Positions 1 to 12,726 of a stretch of 64,000 nt of DNA are shown in pieces (position 1 is the stretch's first letter; the number at the start of each line of letters is the position of its first letter). This DNA comes from Plasmodiophora brassicae. Its lineage: Eukaryota. A program made the position numbers and the translations under genes. Under the pieces are notes generated by a model, which saw only the letters and a list, made by a program, of their open reading frames with translations, ran no database searches and was not told the DNA's origin. The stretch spans positions 1,116,001 to 1,180,000 of the forward strand of contig CP145418.1 in the NCBI GenBank assembly GCA_036867785.1, written 5' to 3'.

Positions 1-587
1 ACGGCGTGCTCGTGGCGTTCCGATGACGGAGAACAGCCTGGACGAGTACGGCGGGTCCAGTCGCCCTCAGTCGGCCGGGTACCGACTGGAAACAACCCCG
101 TATCCTGCCCCAGGTAGCCAGGAACGATCACTCTGCGGTCCGGCGTGGCCAGCAGCCCTGAAGCGTTCCCCGCGTGGACGTCCCCTGCGACGAACCGTGT
201 CGCGTCAGGTTGTTCAGCACCCCTCGCCCCGACGACTGCTGACCGTCTACGTTGCATTGCGCCTGCCCCGCGTCGAGGCCGTCTTCCTCGACACGCTGAA
301 ATCCATCACCTTGGCCAATGATGAGAACCGATCCCGCGTTCTCTGATACAAATGCAATATGCACCATAACGATCGCGAATCGCCATGTATGCGCTGTTGT
401 TGCTGTTGTTGCAAGGGTGCACGTTGCCGAAGGGGAGCCCGGCGGCTGCGGTCCCCTCGAACAATGCTGGCGGCGTCCGTGACGGCGCGGGCCGCCGCTC
501 TTCGTCGGCGATTATTCGTATCGTCGCCCCGGTGGACAATACGTCGGACAATGTCGGGTGTCGTCGTCGACTGCGACACCGGGGGCC

Positions 588-1726
588 ATGATCCAGGCCA
601 ACGGCGACGATCGGGTCGACGTGGACAAGGACGTCGTCGCGCCGCAGTCATTGCTGTCCGATGCGGTCGGGGGACCGCGACAGGGCCCAGTGCGATCGTC
701 GAACCCCCTGACGTGATTCGCGGCAGGCCCTCATGGAGCACATGGCGCGTGGGACCGTCGTCATTGAACCCTTCATTCCCGAGAACCTGTCGACCAGCTC
801 CTATGATGTCACTCTGGGTACCCGATGTGGGTGATGTAGCCTGAACGGGGCTGGGTTCAATCGGTGCGCTTTGCAGGCGAATACTACTTCCGGGAAGCGA
901 CGCCCGAGCCTGGAGACGGTATCTTCAATCCGGTACGCCCGTTTGACGACTAGCGTGGTTTCACACTGACAGCATGCGACTCGACAGTACTCGGAGGCAA
1001 TGGTTCGTCGGGTCTGGGGTGCAAACGATCTGCAGAGGGCCGAGCGGGCTGGTCGGTTGGGTCATATGATCACGAGGACGGGTTCGCTCACTGTCCCGCC
1101 TACAGGGTTGTGGATGGACAGGACAAACCTGAAGCTCGAGAACGTGCATCGTGACGACCAGCTGATCTGGATCCGCCCCGGAGAGACCATCCTCGGCCAC
1201 ACGAATGAGTTCATTGGCGGCCGTCGGACGGTGACGACGATGATGAAGGCGCGTTCATCGCTCGGGCGGAACTTCATTGAAGTTTGCAAATGTAGGCCGT
1301 GCTACGAGGACGTCGTGTTTGGAGTCTGATTGGCGCTGTTGCGATCAGGTGCCGGCTGGGGCGATATCGGATACGTTAATCGCTGGACGATGGAGATCAC
1401 CAACAACTCCCGGCACTATTCCATCCCTCTTGTCGTCGGGCGACGCATTGCCCAGATCGTGTTCTTCGACACCCAGGGCACGCTGAACGGGCGGTCGTAT
1501 AGCAACAACGGCAAGTATCAGACCGCTGATACGCTCGAGGCGTTGAAACAGAAATGGTCGCCGTTTGATATGCTGCCCAAGATGTAAACGCCCCCAATTG
1601 CATTGGTCGACCGACGCCTGTTAATGGTTCGCATATGTTTCCAGGTACCTTGACCGGGAACTTCGCAAGTCTCAAAAGCCCCATACAGGTAACAAGGCGC
1701 AGGAAGGCACCGCACGTTCAACGTGA
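588..1726 (+). CDS. dcd: dCTP deaminase (trimeric dUTPase superfamily), multi-exon
   Basis: Manual splicing of short GT-AG introns gives SLLSDA..VVIEPFIPENLSTSSYDVTLG..IWIRPGETILGHTNEFIGG..TTMMKARSSLGRNFIEVCKCAGWGDIGYVNRWTMEITNNS..IPLVVGRRIAQIVFF..KYQ. These are the RSSLGR / AGWxDxGY / RIAQ motifs of Dcd. ATG 588, TGA 1724-1726. Confidence 0.88.
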
Positions 1727-1794
1727 TCCTGTCCCTCGCTCTCAACAACGCGTCGTACAGTATACAGCGCCTTTCTTGCCAGTTTCGCGTACCA

Positions 1795-3456
1795 CTATAG
1801 ACACTGCTGCTTGTATTGCATACCGAACTGCCTTCTGACGGTGCGAAGCAGCGCCTGGTCATTAACGTTGGACACGAATCCGCCGTTACGTAACCCTGGA
1901 TGCCCCAGCTGTGAATGACCCAACATGGGCAGAGGCACTGTTACCAATACCGTACCGTGTATCCTAGACTGGACGTCCCGTGTCAGTGTTCTACTATGTG
2001 GGATTGGCGGCGGGATCCGGTTGCACAACGCAAACGATAACGCACGAGCGTCGCGCTCATCGAAGAATTGTGCCAAGCTCAGTCGCGGGTGCGGTTCAAA
2101 CCTCGGGTAGACGCGCTCCCAGTTCCTCCGTCTCGCGTACTCGGCGTCGGTCTCGCTAAAGATTGCACTTCGACTCTCGGACGGTGGTGCCGAACGTCTT
2201 CCGGTCGACGCTCCCAGACCTGACGTGGGCTCGCCAATACCAATCAGCGAGAACAGGTCTGACAGCATCGCCTTCTTGATGTCGGTGTCGATCGGCGATG
2301 ACCCGGCCAACGTCGGGCATCGGTTGACCTCGAGCAACCACGGGTGCAATTTGTGGTCCAGCAGCACTGGCCACGTAAATCAAGACCAGCATCCAAACCC
2401 AGACTGACAAGGCGACGTCGTACCATCGAATCCGAACAGTTCGAACATCTGGTTGCTGCGACGCAATGGCACGTGATGCTGGATGGACGCGCTGAGCACC
2501 GAATGGACGCAAATCATCGTCTTGGCAACCAGCGCCTTGATGGCGACCTGTACTTGGCCGGCGTGCTCCTTGCCGAGAAGGTCCCAGAGCGTCGACAGGC
2601 GCCGCTTATGCCCGATCTCGTTGACGTCATCGTATTCCGGGTGGTTCCTGTTAATGGCGACGTTCGTCAGGTGGATGAACTGGTTCGCCAGCTGCGTCGG
2701 GTCCTTCGTGTACGGTTCCGTTGCCAGGCGCACAATTCCATCCTTGAACAGATACACCCGAAGGGGATCCACAGACGTCACTGCGACATACAGGCGAAGG
2801 TCGAACTTTCTCCTGTCCACAACTGGCATTCAGCATGCGCAGGTACGCGTCGGCGTCGACGCTTACCCGTCGATAAGGTACGGCTGGACGTAACGGGACA
2901 CGATGGTGTCCATCTTGGCGACGACGGTCTTCCTGGATTTAATGATGCTGATGTCTTTGCCCTGGGACCCGGTCGTCGGTTTCGTGATCCAGAGGGCGTG
3001 CGGTCTGGTGCGCATGGCGCAGGCCAGGCGGTCGGCCTCGCCGGGCAGCAGGAACGTCTGCGGGATGATCATGCCAAAGTGCTGGCGACCGTGCCGTTTG
3101 ATCATGCGGCGAATGTTGACGACGAGGGCGTCCTTCCGAGTCAGCGTTTGCGATCCGGGCAGACGGTTGACGACCTGGTACGATGCGAGCTGCTTGTAGG
3201 AGTCTAACGGCAGACCCCTCGGGCTCCACAGCACGCGCCAGCTGAACCGTCCCGGCGTGCACGTCATGCCAAGGTCACTAAGCGCCTCCTTCACCAACGT
3301 GACACCCTTGCCAAGCACCAGGCACCGTTTCGAATGGCTGTCCATGCTCGGCGACCTTTCCATGTGTTGCCGATCGTCCGGCTGATCCGTATGGCCAGCG
3401 ATGGCTAGGTCGACAGGCGGGAGCGTGCCGGCGCCGACCACGTCGCCGCCATACAT
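1795..3456 (-). CDS. Tubulin-tyrosine-ligase-like protein (TTLL4/5-like polyglutamylase), at least 3 exons; ends approximate
   Basis: VNRLPGSQTLTRKDAL, IIPQTFLLP, WITKPTTGSQGKDI, YLIDG|RKFDLRLYVAVTSVDPLRVYLFKDGIVRLATEPY, HLTNVAIN, FELFGFD|VLLDHKLHPWLLEVNRCP are TTL-domain motifs across ORFs 2863-3510, 2380-2829 and 1795-2367. Confidence 0.9.
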
Positions 3457-3612
3457 TGCTGGAGTTGCAAAGTATACGACAAAGCGATCGCGCAAGCGTA
3501 CCACGACCACCGACTCGTGTCTACTACTGCTGTACCACTATTCCTCGCCATACAGTACACGTACACGACGAATTGCAGGCGTTCACGACAATGGCTGCAA
3601 GGTGACGCGTGT

Positions 3613-4308
3613 TTAGGCAGGAATGTTTCCATCGTTAGCAGGTGCATCGACTTGGGGTCCTGCTTTTGGTTGCACTTCAGAGGCGGGCTGGCATTGCGAA
3701 TCGTACTGTGGCGGCTCGTTAGGGTTCCCGGGCGGCGCCGCGACGGTCACGGGGGCATCCAGTGTCTCGAGGGCCCCGTGCTCGCGGAGCAGCAGGACCG
3801 CGACCGCCGTCAGGTCGATGGCGAGCAGAGCGGCGAAGACCGACGTTGCCGTTGACGATGGGAACCCGACATGCGCGAACTGGACAGCGGAGATCAACGC
3901 AAACTGGCTCATGAAGAGGGTGACCCACGAAAGGGACACAAGAGCGACCGCCGACGGGTTCGCCTTCTGCATGAACACCATGGCGTACCCGCCCAACAGA
4001 GAGATGAACATGAACGTGTTCCAGACGATGACGAACTGCTGGTTGTGCTCGATGCGGCTGAAATAACTGCCGACGTACAGGTCGGACGCGAGCGCCCAGG
4101 CGGAGATGACGTAACACAGGACGAGTGGCGCGATGGCGATGATCATGCCGGCCACCGCGGTCAGTTGTGGGTTCACAGAGAACCACACGCGACGCAGGAA
4201 GAAGTCCCGCCTGGCCATCATGATGTGTTCGAGCCGCCGATCGAAATGGCACGCGGACGTCACGTTGAGACACGCGCCACCATGCTTTATGCCGTCCATG
4301 GGGTGCAC
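3613..4308 (-). CDS. Hypothetical membrane protein (~4 TM helices, Pro-rich C-tail)
   Basis: Open 231-aa frame with four hydrophobic stretches; true start uncertain. Confidence 0.65.
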   Translation of the reverse strand: MHPMDGIKHGGACLNVTSACHFDRRLEHIMMARRDFFLRRVWFSVNPQLTAVAGMIIAIAPLVLCYVISAWALASDLYVGSYFSRIEHNQQFVIVWNTFMFISLLGGYAMVFMQKANPSAVALVSLSWVTLFMSQFALISAVQFAHVGFPSSTATSVFAALLAIDLTAVAVLLLREHGALETLDAPVTVAAPPGNPNEPPQYDSQCQPASEVQPKAGPQVDAPANDGNIPA

Positions 4309-4341
4309 GACTGGACGCGAGCCAGCCTCCCCAGAGCGCTG

Positions 4342-5139
4342 CTAGGTGTGATAGGTGGAATGTTGATCCCGCCACTTCCCGACGAGCAGGTCAGCGACAC
4401 CGGTATGACGATGCGCGTTGGCGACCGTGATGGCGCTGAGTAGCGTTCGGTCGCGAACGCGCGTCCTGTCGGTCAGTAGCCGGACGATGCCAGCATGACC
4501 GCTGAGCGACGCCTGCATCAGGGCAGCGCTCTGGTGCCGCGTCGGATTGCAGCGATTGTCGGCGAGCAGAACGCCGACGATATCCTCGCGATTGGAACGA
4601 ACGGCGGATAGCAGAGCGTCATCGACGTGACCACGCAAATCCAGTTGGGCATCGGCGAGTAGGGCGCTGATGACGTTCAGGTCGCCGTTCCGGACAGCGA
4701 CCATTAGGGCCGGCCCACCAGGCAACGTTGCCCCGCAATCGCGACGAGCACTGGCCAGGATGATTTCAACGATATTCGTGTGGCCGAACATGCAGGCCAG
4801 AAGGAGGGGACGATCCAGCGCGGGCACGACGCGAGGATCGCCGACCAGCAGACGTACGATGCCGACATGGCCGCGTCGAGTCGCGATACCCAGGGACAGG
4901 TTTCGCTCCGCGCCCGGGTCGACCCTGCTGTCGCTCAGCAGCGTTCTGGCGACGGCGACGTGCCCGACATCACACGCGATGGCCAGCGCGCTGACGTGCA
5001 GGCGTCGAAGCGCATCGACGGCCGCCGTCCGCATGCGCCGACACACGTCGAACATCGACGCCAGGTCGCCGTCGACCGCCAGGAACGACAACGCCAGCGA
5101 CAGGACGTCGGCGCTCAGATCGACCAGCCGCTTCGCCAT
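4342..5139 (-). CDS. Ankyrin-repeat protein with N-terminal F-box-like motif, intronless
   Basis: MAKRLVDLSADVLSLALSFL..DLASMFDVCRRMR (F-box-like), then ~6 ankyrin repeats such as ALAIACDVGHVAVARTLL, LGIATRRGHVGIVRLLV, LLLACMFGHTNIVEIIL, ALMQASLSGHAGIVRLL. Confidence 0.85.
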   Translation of the reverse strand: MAKRLVDLSADVLSLALSFLAVDGDLASMFDVCRRMRTAAVDALRRLHVSALAIACDVGHVAVARTLLSDSRVDPGAERNLSLGIATRRGHVGIVRLLVGDPRVVPALDRPLLLACMFGHTNIVEIILASARRDCGATLPGGPALMVAVRNGDLNVISALLADAQLDLRGHVDDALLSAVRSNREDIVGVLLADNRCNPTRHQSAALMQASLSGHAGIVRLLTDRTRVRDRTLLSAITVANAHRHTGVADLLVGKWRDQHSTYHT

Positions 5140-5344
5140 CGGCACCCAACCTCCCCGTTCCGCTATTTGCCGCCGAACGCCGCCGAATCTTTCCCCAAAT
5201 AATTTCAATCGGTGTACAGTTACGTTGCCCCGCTGCGATTTTGTTTGTTGCCGCGCCCCCGTGCCGCTGAGCGTCAGTACGAACTGCACGCTGCCGGCGG
5301 CGCTCATTTGTCAATCGTCGGGTCTGGAAAAGGGGTCGCGGCAA

Positions 5345-8300
5345 ATGGAGAAATCGCGCAGCCGGCGATGGATCGCGATTGCTGTCGCGATTGTCGCGTC
5401 AGCCGTGCTGGCGTCGCTGAGGTACGCAGGGGGGGTGCTGGACGCAGACGCGACGTCAGTGACACGTCGAGTGCAGTAGGAGAACGGGATGGTTGAAGAA
5501 TACGTTCGATATCCAGTTGCAGGTGGAACTGCAATGGGGACATGTGCTACTTGTCGTCCTGGTGAACATCGCCGTCGTTGGATACGCGGGCGCGCATGTC
5601 TGGGTGCAGAAAGCGCTGAAACCGCGACGAACGCCCGGCAATGCCGAAATCAGCACGGCCACTGCCGACATCTTCAACAAGATCGATGCCGCGGAAGTCG
5701 TTGCAATCGGTTCCGTTGCACTGTTTGAAATGACCAACCGATTTCTGTCCAGGTTCGCGATCCTGATGAGCACTTTGAACGAATGGAACGCACGTCGGAT
5801 AAGGTGCCACACGAGCGGAAGGATGCAGCGGCTGATACGTCAGCTGCTGCCGAGCCGTTGTCAACGGAGGACCGCGTGTATCGAGCATTCTCGAAGATTT
5901 CCTCGAGACTCCCACGCGAGGCGTTTACCGAGTTCTACAGTCGATGCATCGTCTGGCATCATCTCGACGATGGGGACACGGTATGGGGCATTCGCCTACG
6001 AACCGAATAATTCGATATCTCATGTGCTTTGGGGCAGTTGTTCAGCCGCGGCGACGAACTGGGTGACATTGGCATGTACATAGTTGTTGAAGGTTCGCCG
6101 AGGTCACTGCACGCATGCGTATTGCTGATTAGATGAGCGGCCAGGATCTTTGTCGGCGTATCGGAGCTCAACGTCGCTCACGGCCCCTTTCCAACGCTAC
6201 CACGCTGGCGACTTTGCCGGTGACATATCGATGCTTGCCAGATGCAAGCGGTTTTTCACCCTGCGCGCCGATACCGATGGTAAGGGGACGTCCTGGTGAC
6301 CTGGTCCGATACTGAATAAGTTTGAACTCTGCCATTTAGTCGAACTCGTGCGCGTTTCGACAAACATGTTCAAGGAATTGGCGGCCAAATATCCGGCCTG
6401 GGTTCTGTCGTTCATGCGCACTTCGCTATCCCGCAACTGGTACACTGCTCATTTCTTTCTTCGAGGATTTCTGCAAATATCCTCCGACGACGACCAGCTG
6501 AATCATCATCAGGTTCGATGGCGCGTATGCCATTCGCTCGTCCTTACCTAACTCATGTGCACCTGTAGTGCGCCTTGACAAACTACTTCGCAGAAGGCAC
6601 TCCCAATGGCGATGCGCTTGCGTCATTCGAGCCGGACCTTCAGGAAATGCATCTGTCCAGCGGTCAGGTGATCTATGAGCACTCGACGACAAGGCATCGT
6701 CACATGTACATCCTCAAGAAAGGTCGCGTGTGCCTTACACCAAAACCGCCAATGGAGCAACTGCAAATTGGGGCTGCAAGTTCAGCAGGTGATACCTTCA
6801 GCGATTGTGTCCGATCTTCGCTGACTTCGATTTATTTGTTTCCCGTTCATGTAGTGGAGTCAGCTCTGTATCAGTCTGTGGAAGTTGGACCAGGCGCCGT
6901 ATTCGGCGGCGTTTCGTTCATCGCGTCTTGCGGGCACACTGACTCTGCTCGGTGCATGACCGCATGCGTCGTAGCCATTGTAACCAGCGACGATTTCTCC
7001 AAGCGTTCTGATTCGGTTCTCGTCCAACTACTGATGACAATCTGTGAAGAATTGATTTGTCCCGTTCTTCGGCAGTTCGAGGGACTAATGTTCGAGCGGC
7101 ACTGGTATCTCTGGCATGCTTCCATGCATGGTTGCGTTTGACACGTTTTTGTAGGATTCCAGCTGGAAAGCTCCTGTTCAAATCCGGTGACACGGCTGAT
7201 GAGGCCTATATAGTTGTCAGTGGGCGGCTAAGAATATTTTCACGTCGTGCGGATGGAACAACAAAGACTCTTCTGGAGGCGGCACGTGGTGAATCTGTCG
7301 GTGAGCTGTCTCTGCTTGCTGGCGATGAGCACCACAGCTACAGCTGCATATCTGTTCGCGATTGTGAGACTGTCCGCATTCCTAAGCAGGCATTTCTTGA
7401 ACTGCAGGCGCGGCACCCTACATGCTTACGACGTTTCTCGACAATCATCGGTAGAATATCACGATCATGGTTGCTTACCCTGTGGGTTTAATATGTCAGT
7501 TAGCTCGTCGTCTTCGTGAGCTGAGCAGCAAGTCATCTGCATCGCACCGATCGCCAATGGCGAAAATATCCACGATCGCCGTCGTCCCCACGAGTAGCTC
7601 TGTCGACGTTACATCATTCGTCGAGAACCTGGCCGACGCTTTACAGTTCTACGGGTTCGAATTAGCAAGTGCTGCGGTCGACATTTCACTGACAGACAAA
7701 ATCAGGTCGTCACTACACGTTAGCCGCGAGTTGCTGTTTACCAAAGTGTCTGAGGACGGACATGTCGAAGGGCCATCTGATTTGGACCTTGATGAAAGTC
7801 CGTTCTCATTGTCTGTGCCTGGCAATAATCTGTGGACTAATTTGATTGCAAGGAATGCGGCGATCGATGATAACCCATGTTTTGAATGACCTGGAAGAGG
7901 CCCACGATGTTTTAATTTTCTCGTTGACGCACCAGCTCTCGGCGTCATGGTGTAAGTGTTTCATCCGGCAAGCTGACCAGATTATCATTGTTGGAGATGC
8001 ATCGTCATCTCCAGTCGTCTCGGAGCGGGAGTCTCAGCTAATTTGGCCTGAAGTGGACGCACCGGTATCCAACAAGGACCTTGTCCTGCTCCACGACGAT
8101 CATGTCGCACTGTAAGCCATTCCTGTGTTCCATGCGGTTAATTTCTTATCTGTCTTCCCAGGCCTAACGGAACCCGGCATTGGTTTCAAGGAAGGCACCT
8201 TAACGCCCACCATCATATTCGTCGATCTTCCCACAGCGACTACGGTCGGCTCGCTCGGCGTATTTGTCGGCGTGCCGTTGGACTTGTACTGGGCGGCGGA

Positions 8301-9857
8301 GGCGCTCGAGGGTTAGCGCACATGGGCACAATGCAGGTTGAAGTTGACAATGCGACCACCTCTGACAGCACTCCAACTTTTTTTTACGTTAGGCTCTCCA
8401 TGAGCTTCACGTTCCAATTGACATGATCGGTGGCACTTCCCAAGGGGCTTTCATGGCCGGGCTCTTCGCCATGCACGGTCAGCTGGCTATGGAAGAATCA
8501 GTCAATATTCGCTAAGCGTGTTACACCCTACCGTTAGCTGACCTTTGGCCTACCTACATAGGTTAAAATGTTTGCTGCGCGTATGGGAAGTGTCGTCGAG
8601 CTTCTGAAAGACGCCACGTTCCCAATCATGTCGTACTTCTCCGGGCAAAACGTACGTCTACTGCTGCTGTTTCACAAGCTGTGTCATGACGTCGTCTCAG
8701 TTCAGCGAGGCCATCCGCTTTTTCTTCAAAGACGTTCGCATTGAAGTACTGGGCCGCCACTGCCAATGAATTATCATGGAATAACCTGACAGTTTGCCAT
8801 TTAGGATCTATGGGTCCCGTGTACAGTGAATTGTGCTGGGTCCAGCTAACGTGATTTCAACAGATCCCCTACTTCTGCGTTACCACAAATTTAACGGAGT
8901 CTGATATTGAGGTCCATACAACTGGTAATTTATCGACACCCGTGCGCCTGGTATACTAAGTCTCTGACCGTGTTCCCTAGGTTTGCTTTGGGCTGCAGTC
9001 CGATCATCAATGACTGTCGTCGAGTACCTCCCACCAATGTGGATGAACGGATCCGTGCTAATTGAGTACGATTCACAGGCGCCGTTCCGGTACGACGCGA
9101 TGTCTGACCCGTTTCTGTTGCAGTGGTGGTTATGTTGATAACCTTCCCGTTGATATCATGCGCGACCGCTTCGGGCCCGACATCCTGATCGGCGTTGACG
9201 TTGAGAACAAGGCTGCTGCATTCCGAGGCGTGCACGACTTTGGCAGTTCGCTGTCGGGATGGTGGCTCCTGTGGCTGAAGGTGCGCCGACTAGTACTCCC
9301 GTGGGGACCCCATCCGAAGGTCCCCAAGTTTTCCGATATCGTCTCGGCTCTGAGTTACATCAACAATTCCCGCAACGTACGCTCGTTCTTGAACGAAAAG
9401 GTAGGCGCCGCCGTACAGTTATGCTCCCGCCTGCTGGTGACGATCTATCGTTTCAGCTGATGGACGTTTACATTCGCCCCGAACTCGGGTCCGTCCTTCT
9501 TCTTGACTACCACAAGTATGACGAAATCCGAACGTTGGGCTTCAAGCAGGCCCGGCATATCATGGGGAGATGGGTCATGGAGAACAGACGGTTGGTGGCC
9601 CACCCGATGCCAAATTACAGCTGCTCATAGTGTCTGTTCTCCAGTCTTGTTTCCGACGTCCGTGGCCGTACCGTCAGCAGCGTGGAGCGTCAGTACAGCG
9701 AAACGAACCTGCAGAACATCATTCCAGTTGCATCCGCTAGAGTATGGGCGCCGTGCATCGTGTGATTCAGTCCACTAATGGCTTATAGTCGCAGGGTGAG
9801 TTCTCGAAACCGCAAATTGTGCGGTCAGCGAGCTTCACAAGCGTCGATCGGCAATGA
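5345..9857 (+). CDS. NTE1: Neuropathy-target-esterase/PNPLA6-like lysophospholipase (N-terminal TM, cNMP-binding domains, patatin domain), many exons
   Basis: N-terminal hydrophobic anchor; cNMP motifs ([31 protein letters not shown]); patatin [11 protein letters not shown] (~8280-8312), IGGTSQG (GxSxG, ~8426-8446) and DGGYVDNLP split by an intron (~9060-9150); [13 protein letters not shown]. End inferred by manual splicing. Confidence 0.9.
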
Positions 9858-10335
9858 GTTTTACATAAATAGATTGTTCTCCTTAGCCTCGTGCCTGTAT
9901 GGCGTTCGTCCCGATGTTGTTCGACCAGCTGGCGCCGTTCCCGCCGAAAAGAATCAACAGGACAACCTACGGGACTTTCCATAGAATAGAAGCAAATCGG
10001 CGACGTTATCGAGTATCGTGACGAGGATACCAAGAGAGGGTGCACCTGGACAGGTGACCATCAAGAGAGCGCTTGGCCTAGCAGGCCGAACCCGTAAACA
10101 GCAAGGTTCATGCAGGCGCAAGAAGCTGGGCTTGCTCGGACGGTACCGGCACAGCTGGTACGTCACCACCGCCGGAATCGCTACAACGGGTGACGCAATG
10201 TTAGAAGAGCCGACATACGACGTTGTCGACCGATTATCGTTTATGGGCAGGTTGGCCCTGAACAAAACTGCAGGACTCGAACATTGAAGCTGGGAATGAT
10301 GGGTTAAATATGGTAGGTCGGCTGGGTCGATCGTC

Positions 10336-12451
10336 TTAGCAAGGTCCGTCAGCATTACTCTCGTCGCGTTTCTCGACGAGTGGCTCGACCACGCTGGTAA
10401 TATACAGGTCGAAGGTTCCCGCGTACTCCCTGCGCTGGCAGCTCTTGAAGATCCATCGCATATCTGATTTGGGGAGAGACAGAAGCGGGACCATATCGTC
10501 GACGAACTCGATGAAGAAGTGAAGAACGCGTTTTTCACCTCGCCTCATCACGATTGCGTTCCGAATGTTGTTCGTCAGGTCAGAGGACGCAAGCTCCTCG
10601 TCGTCCTCCTCCAGAGACGTTTCAAACGCAGCCAAAGATTTAAGGCAGGCTTCTTTCAGCATGCGCAACGCAGCGATTTCGTTACGACAACTTATCGGTC
10701 CGATTCGTTTCACGTTCGCCGCTGTGTGAATAGCAAACTCATCTAGTTCTTCATCCGTGGCACAGGACAGCCGAAGAAACGACACCAGCTCATCGGTTTG
10801 GGGACAGCTGCAGATCATCGCTGGGACGCTGAAACTACGTTCAACCCTGAACACATACGCTTGTAAGGCACACCGCTCAACACGGCTTCGAGAGCGGACA
10901 TACTCTGCATCGGAACCTTCCCCCAAAACCTCGAGCTTACGCGTCAAGGCCGGGTCTGCCATGTCGCAGGCCAACCGGACAATGGCCTCATTGTCTTCGT
11001 TATCCTCCAAACTGAACCCGTAGTTTGTAAAGAACCTAAAACAAACGGTTTAGTCCCGCAGCAAACACTGGTACGCCATCACGCCGTGATACCTGGAGTT
11101 GCACTTGCGACCGTAGGAATCCGACACCGGGAACCCGGCGTTGATGGCGTCTACGGCGGTAATGGTGAACGCAGACGTCTGCGGATCAAACATCCAGACA
11201 GTCTGCTTATCGATTCTGCAAGTAAGACAACGCCATTGCATTGGAGACGCACGGCACCGACCTCTCGTGGACGTCTGTGATTCAGGAAGTCAGCCAACGG
11301 CACCAGCGCCTCGGTCTTACGCCCGTCAATTGTCACGCCAAAGATTCGGGTTATGACCACGCAGCGCGCCCAAACGAAATCCTTGTACGAGAACTGGGCA
11401 AACTGAGCCACATTCTGCACGTACGCATTGGCCGAGTTAGCAGGACGTCGTCATGCCTAGTCCAACCATCACACCTTCGCGATTCTAGCGTACTCGGACT
11501 GCAACGTTTCGATTCGGTTCTCGATCTTGTCCACCGCCATCGACCCTTTCAGGTACGATAGTTCTTCTCGGGAGAAATTTATCGGGATGTTGTCGAACCG
11601 ACGAGGAAGGACCGCCAGGTAGGGCGCCCAGCGCGACGGGCTCGCCGGAGGCCGATCTCGTTCCTGTAGCAAATACGCTGCTAGGAACGAGTGCCGGCTG
11701 CGAATCTCAACGCCCTATCGAAGCAGACGCACCAGCGTCATGGGCAAGAAAACGCTTCAAGCACGGGTGACCGTACAGATCGGATAATCGCCTTGCCGAT
11801 GGCTGACTGGATCGCCATCTCCGACGTGATCATCAGGTGCCTCGGTATAGACATGAAGACTTCGTCAGGGGCCACATCACAGGCTGTGTGCACTCCTCGG
11901 TGCTCGTCGTCGTACTCTCGAAGAACAACCTTCGAAATCTGTGCCTCAGCCTTAGTTATTAGAGTACGCGCTCGACATCGGGCCATCCCTGTTACCTCCG
12001 CTCCCCCGGCGCGGAGCCAGTCGAGAAACTTCGCATATCGGTCCGATTCGGAGCGATCCCGTTGCGCTCCAGGGCTGCGCGCCTGCAGATGCTTGGCCAG
12101 ATCAGCGCTGGCATCTGCCAAGTGACCGTTGTCCGGTTCGTGAATCAAGCCGGCCTTGTACGCGTCCAGCGCATCCGACAATCGGCCCAGGCCCTCCAGG
12201 GCCTGGCCCATGCGAAAATGCCCGATACCATACGACGGCTTCAGGAAGACGCACCGGTCAGCGTCGTCCAATGCGGGGCCGAACTGTCGCGAATCATGCC
12301 GAACGGCACTACGCGCCGCATACAACTCGTAGCGCATCGCGCCCGCCCGCGTTTCGGCATCGTCAATGGCGCTGGTGAACGCCGCCTCGGCGGCCACTAG
12401 GTCGCCATCCTGGTGGGCGCGCGTGCCGACTGCCCGCCAATCGCGGGACAT
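10336..12451 (-). CDS. TPR + SET-domain (Rubisco-LSMT/SETD3-like) protein methyltransferase, multi-exon
   Basis: N-terminal TPRs (ALDDADRCVFLKPSYGIGHFRMGQALEGLG); SET motifs HRGVHT..IPRHLMIT, SRWAPYLAVLP, ALVPLADFLNH, DSYGRKCNSR|FFTNYGF; LSMT substrate-binding region (FETSLEEDDEEL..RNAIVMRRGEKRVL). Confidence 0.88.
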
Positions 12452-12726
12452 GACGATCCGCGACACAACGAACGCACCCTGGGGCGGTCGATATCGACAC
12501 CGGTCTGGGCGTTATGTTACAGCCGCTCCCTCTCCATCATCGTCCCCCCGCAGTCAGTGAGCCCGAAATAGACCAGGAGGCCATCATCGTCATCATGATG
12601 AGCGCAGAGCAAGCGGGCGGGGCGGGGCGGCAACTGGAGCGCGTCGTTTTTTGCCACTGCGCGGTGGCTGGCCACTGGCGGGCGGGCAGTTTTGCGGTCC
12701 ACAACGGCGGTCTCCATCACGCTGCT

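Noticed and set aside
1-587. ORFs 23-346 (+), 247-741 (-), 359-844 (+)
   Set aside because: No recognisable motifs; possibly the end of a gene cut by the window edge, but strand and frame cannot be supported.
2344-3207. 287-aa + strand ORF, and similar long antisense ORFs at 4670-5479 and 13565-14449
   Set aside because: Antisense shadows of the well-supported TTLL, ankyrin and USP genes in GC-rich DNA.
9860-10330. Short ORFs between the NTE and SET genes
   Set aside because: No motifs; consistent with convergent 3' UTRs.
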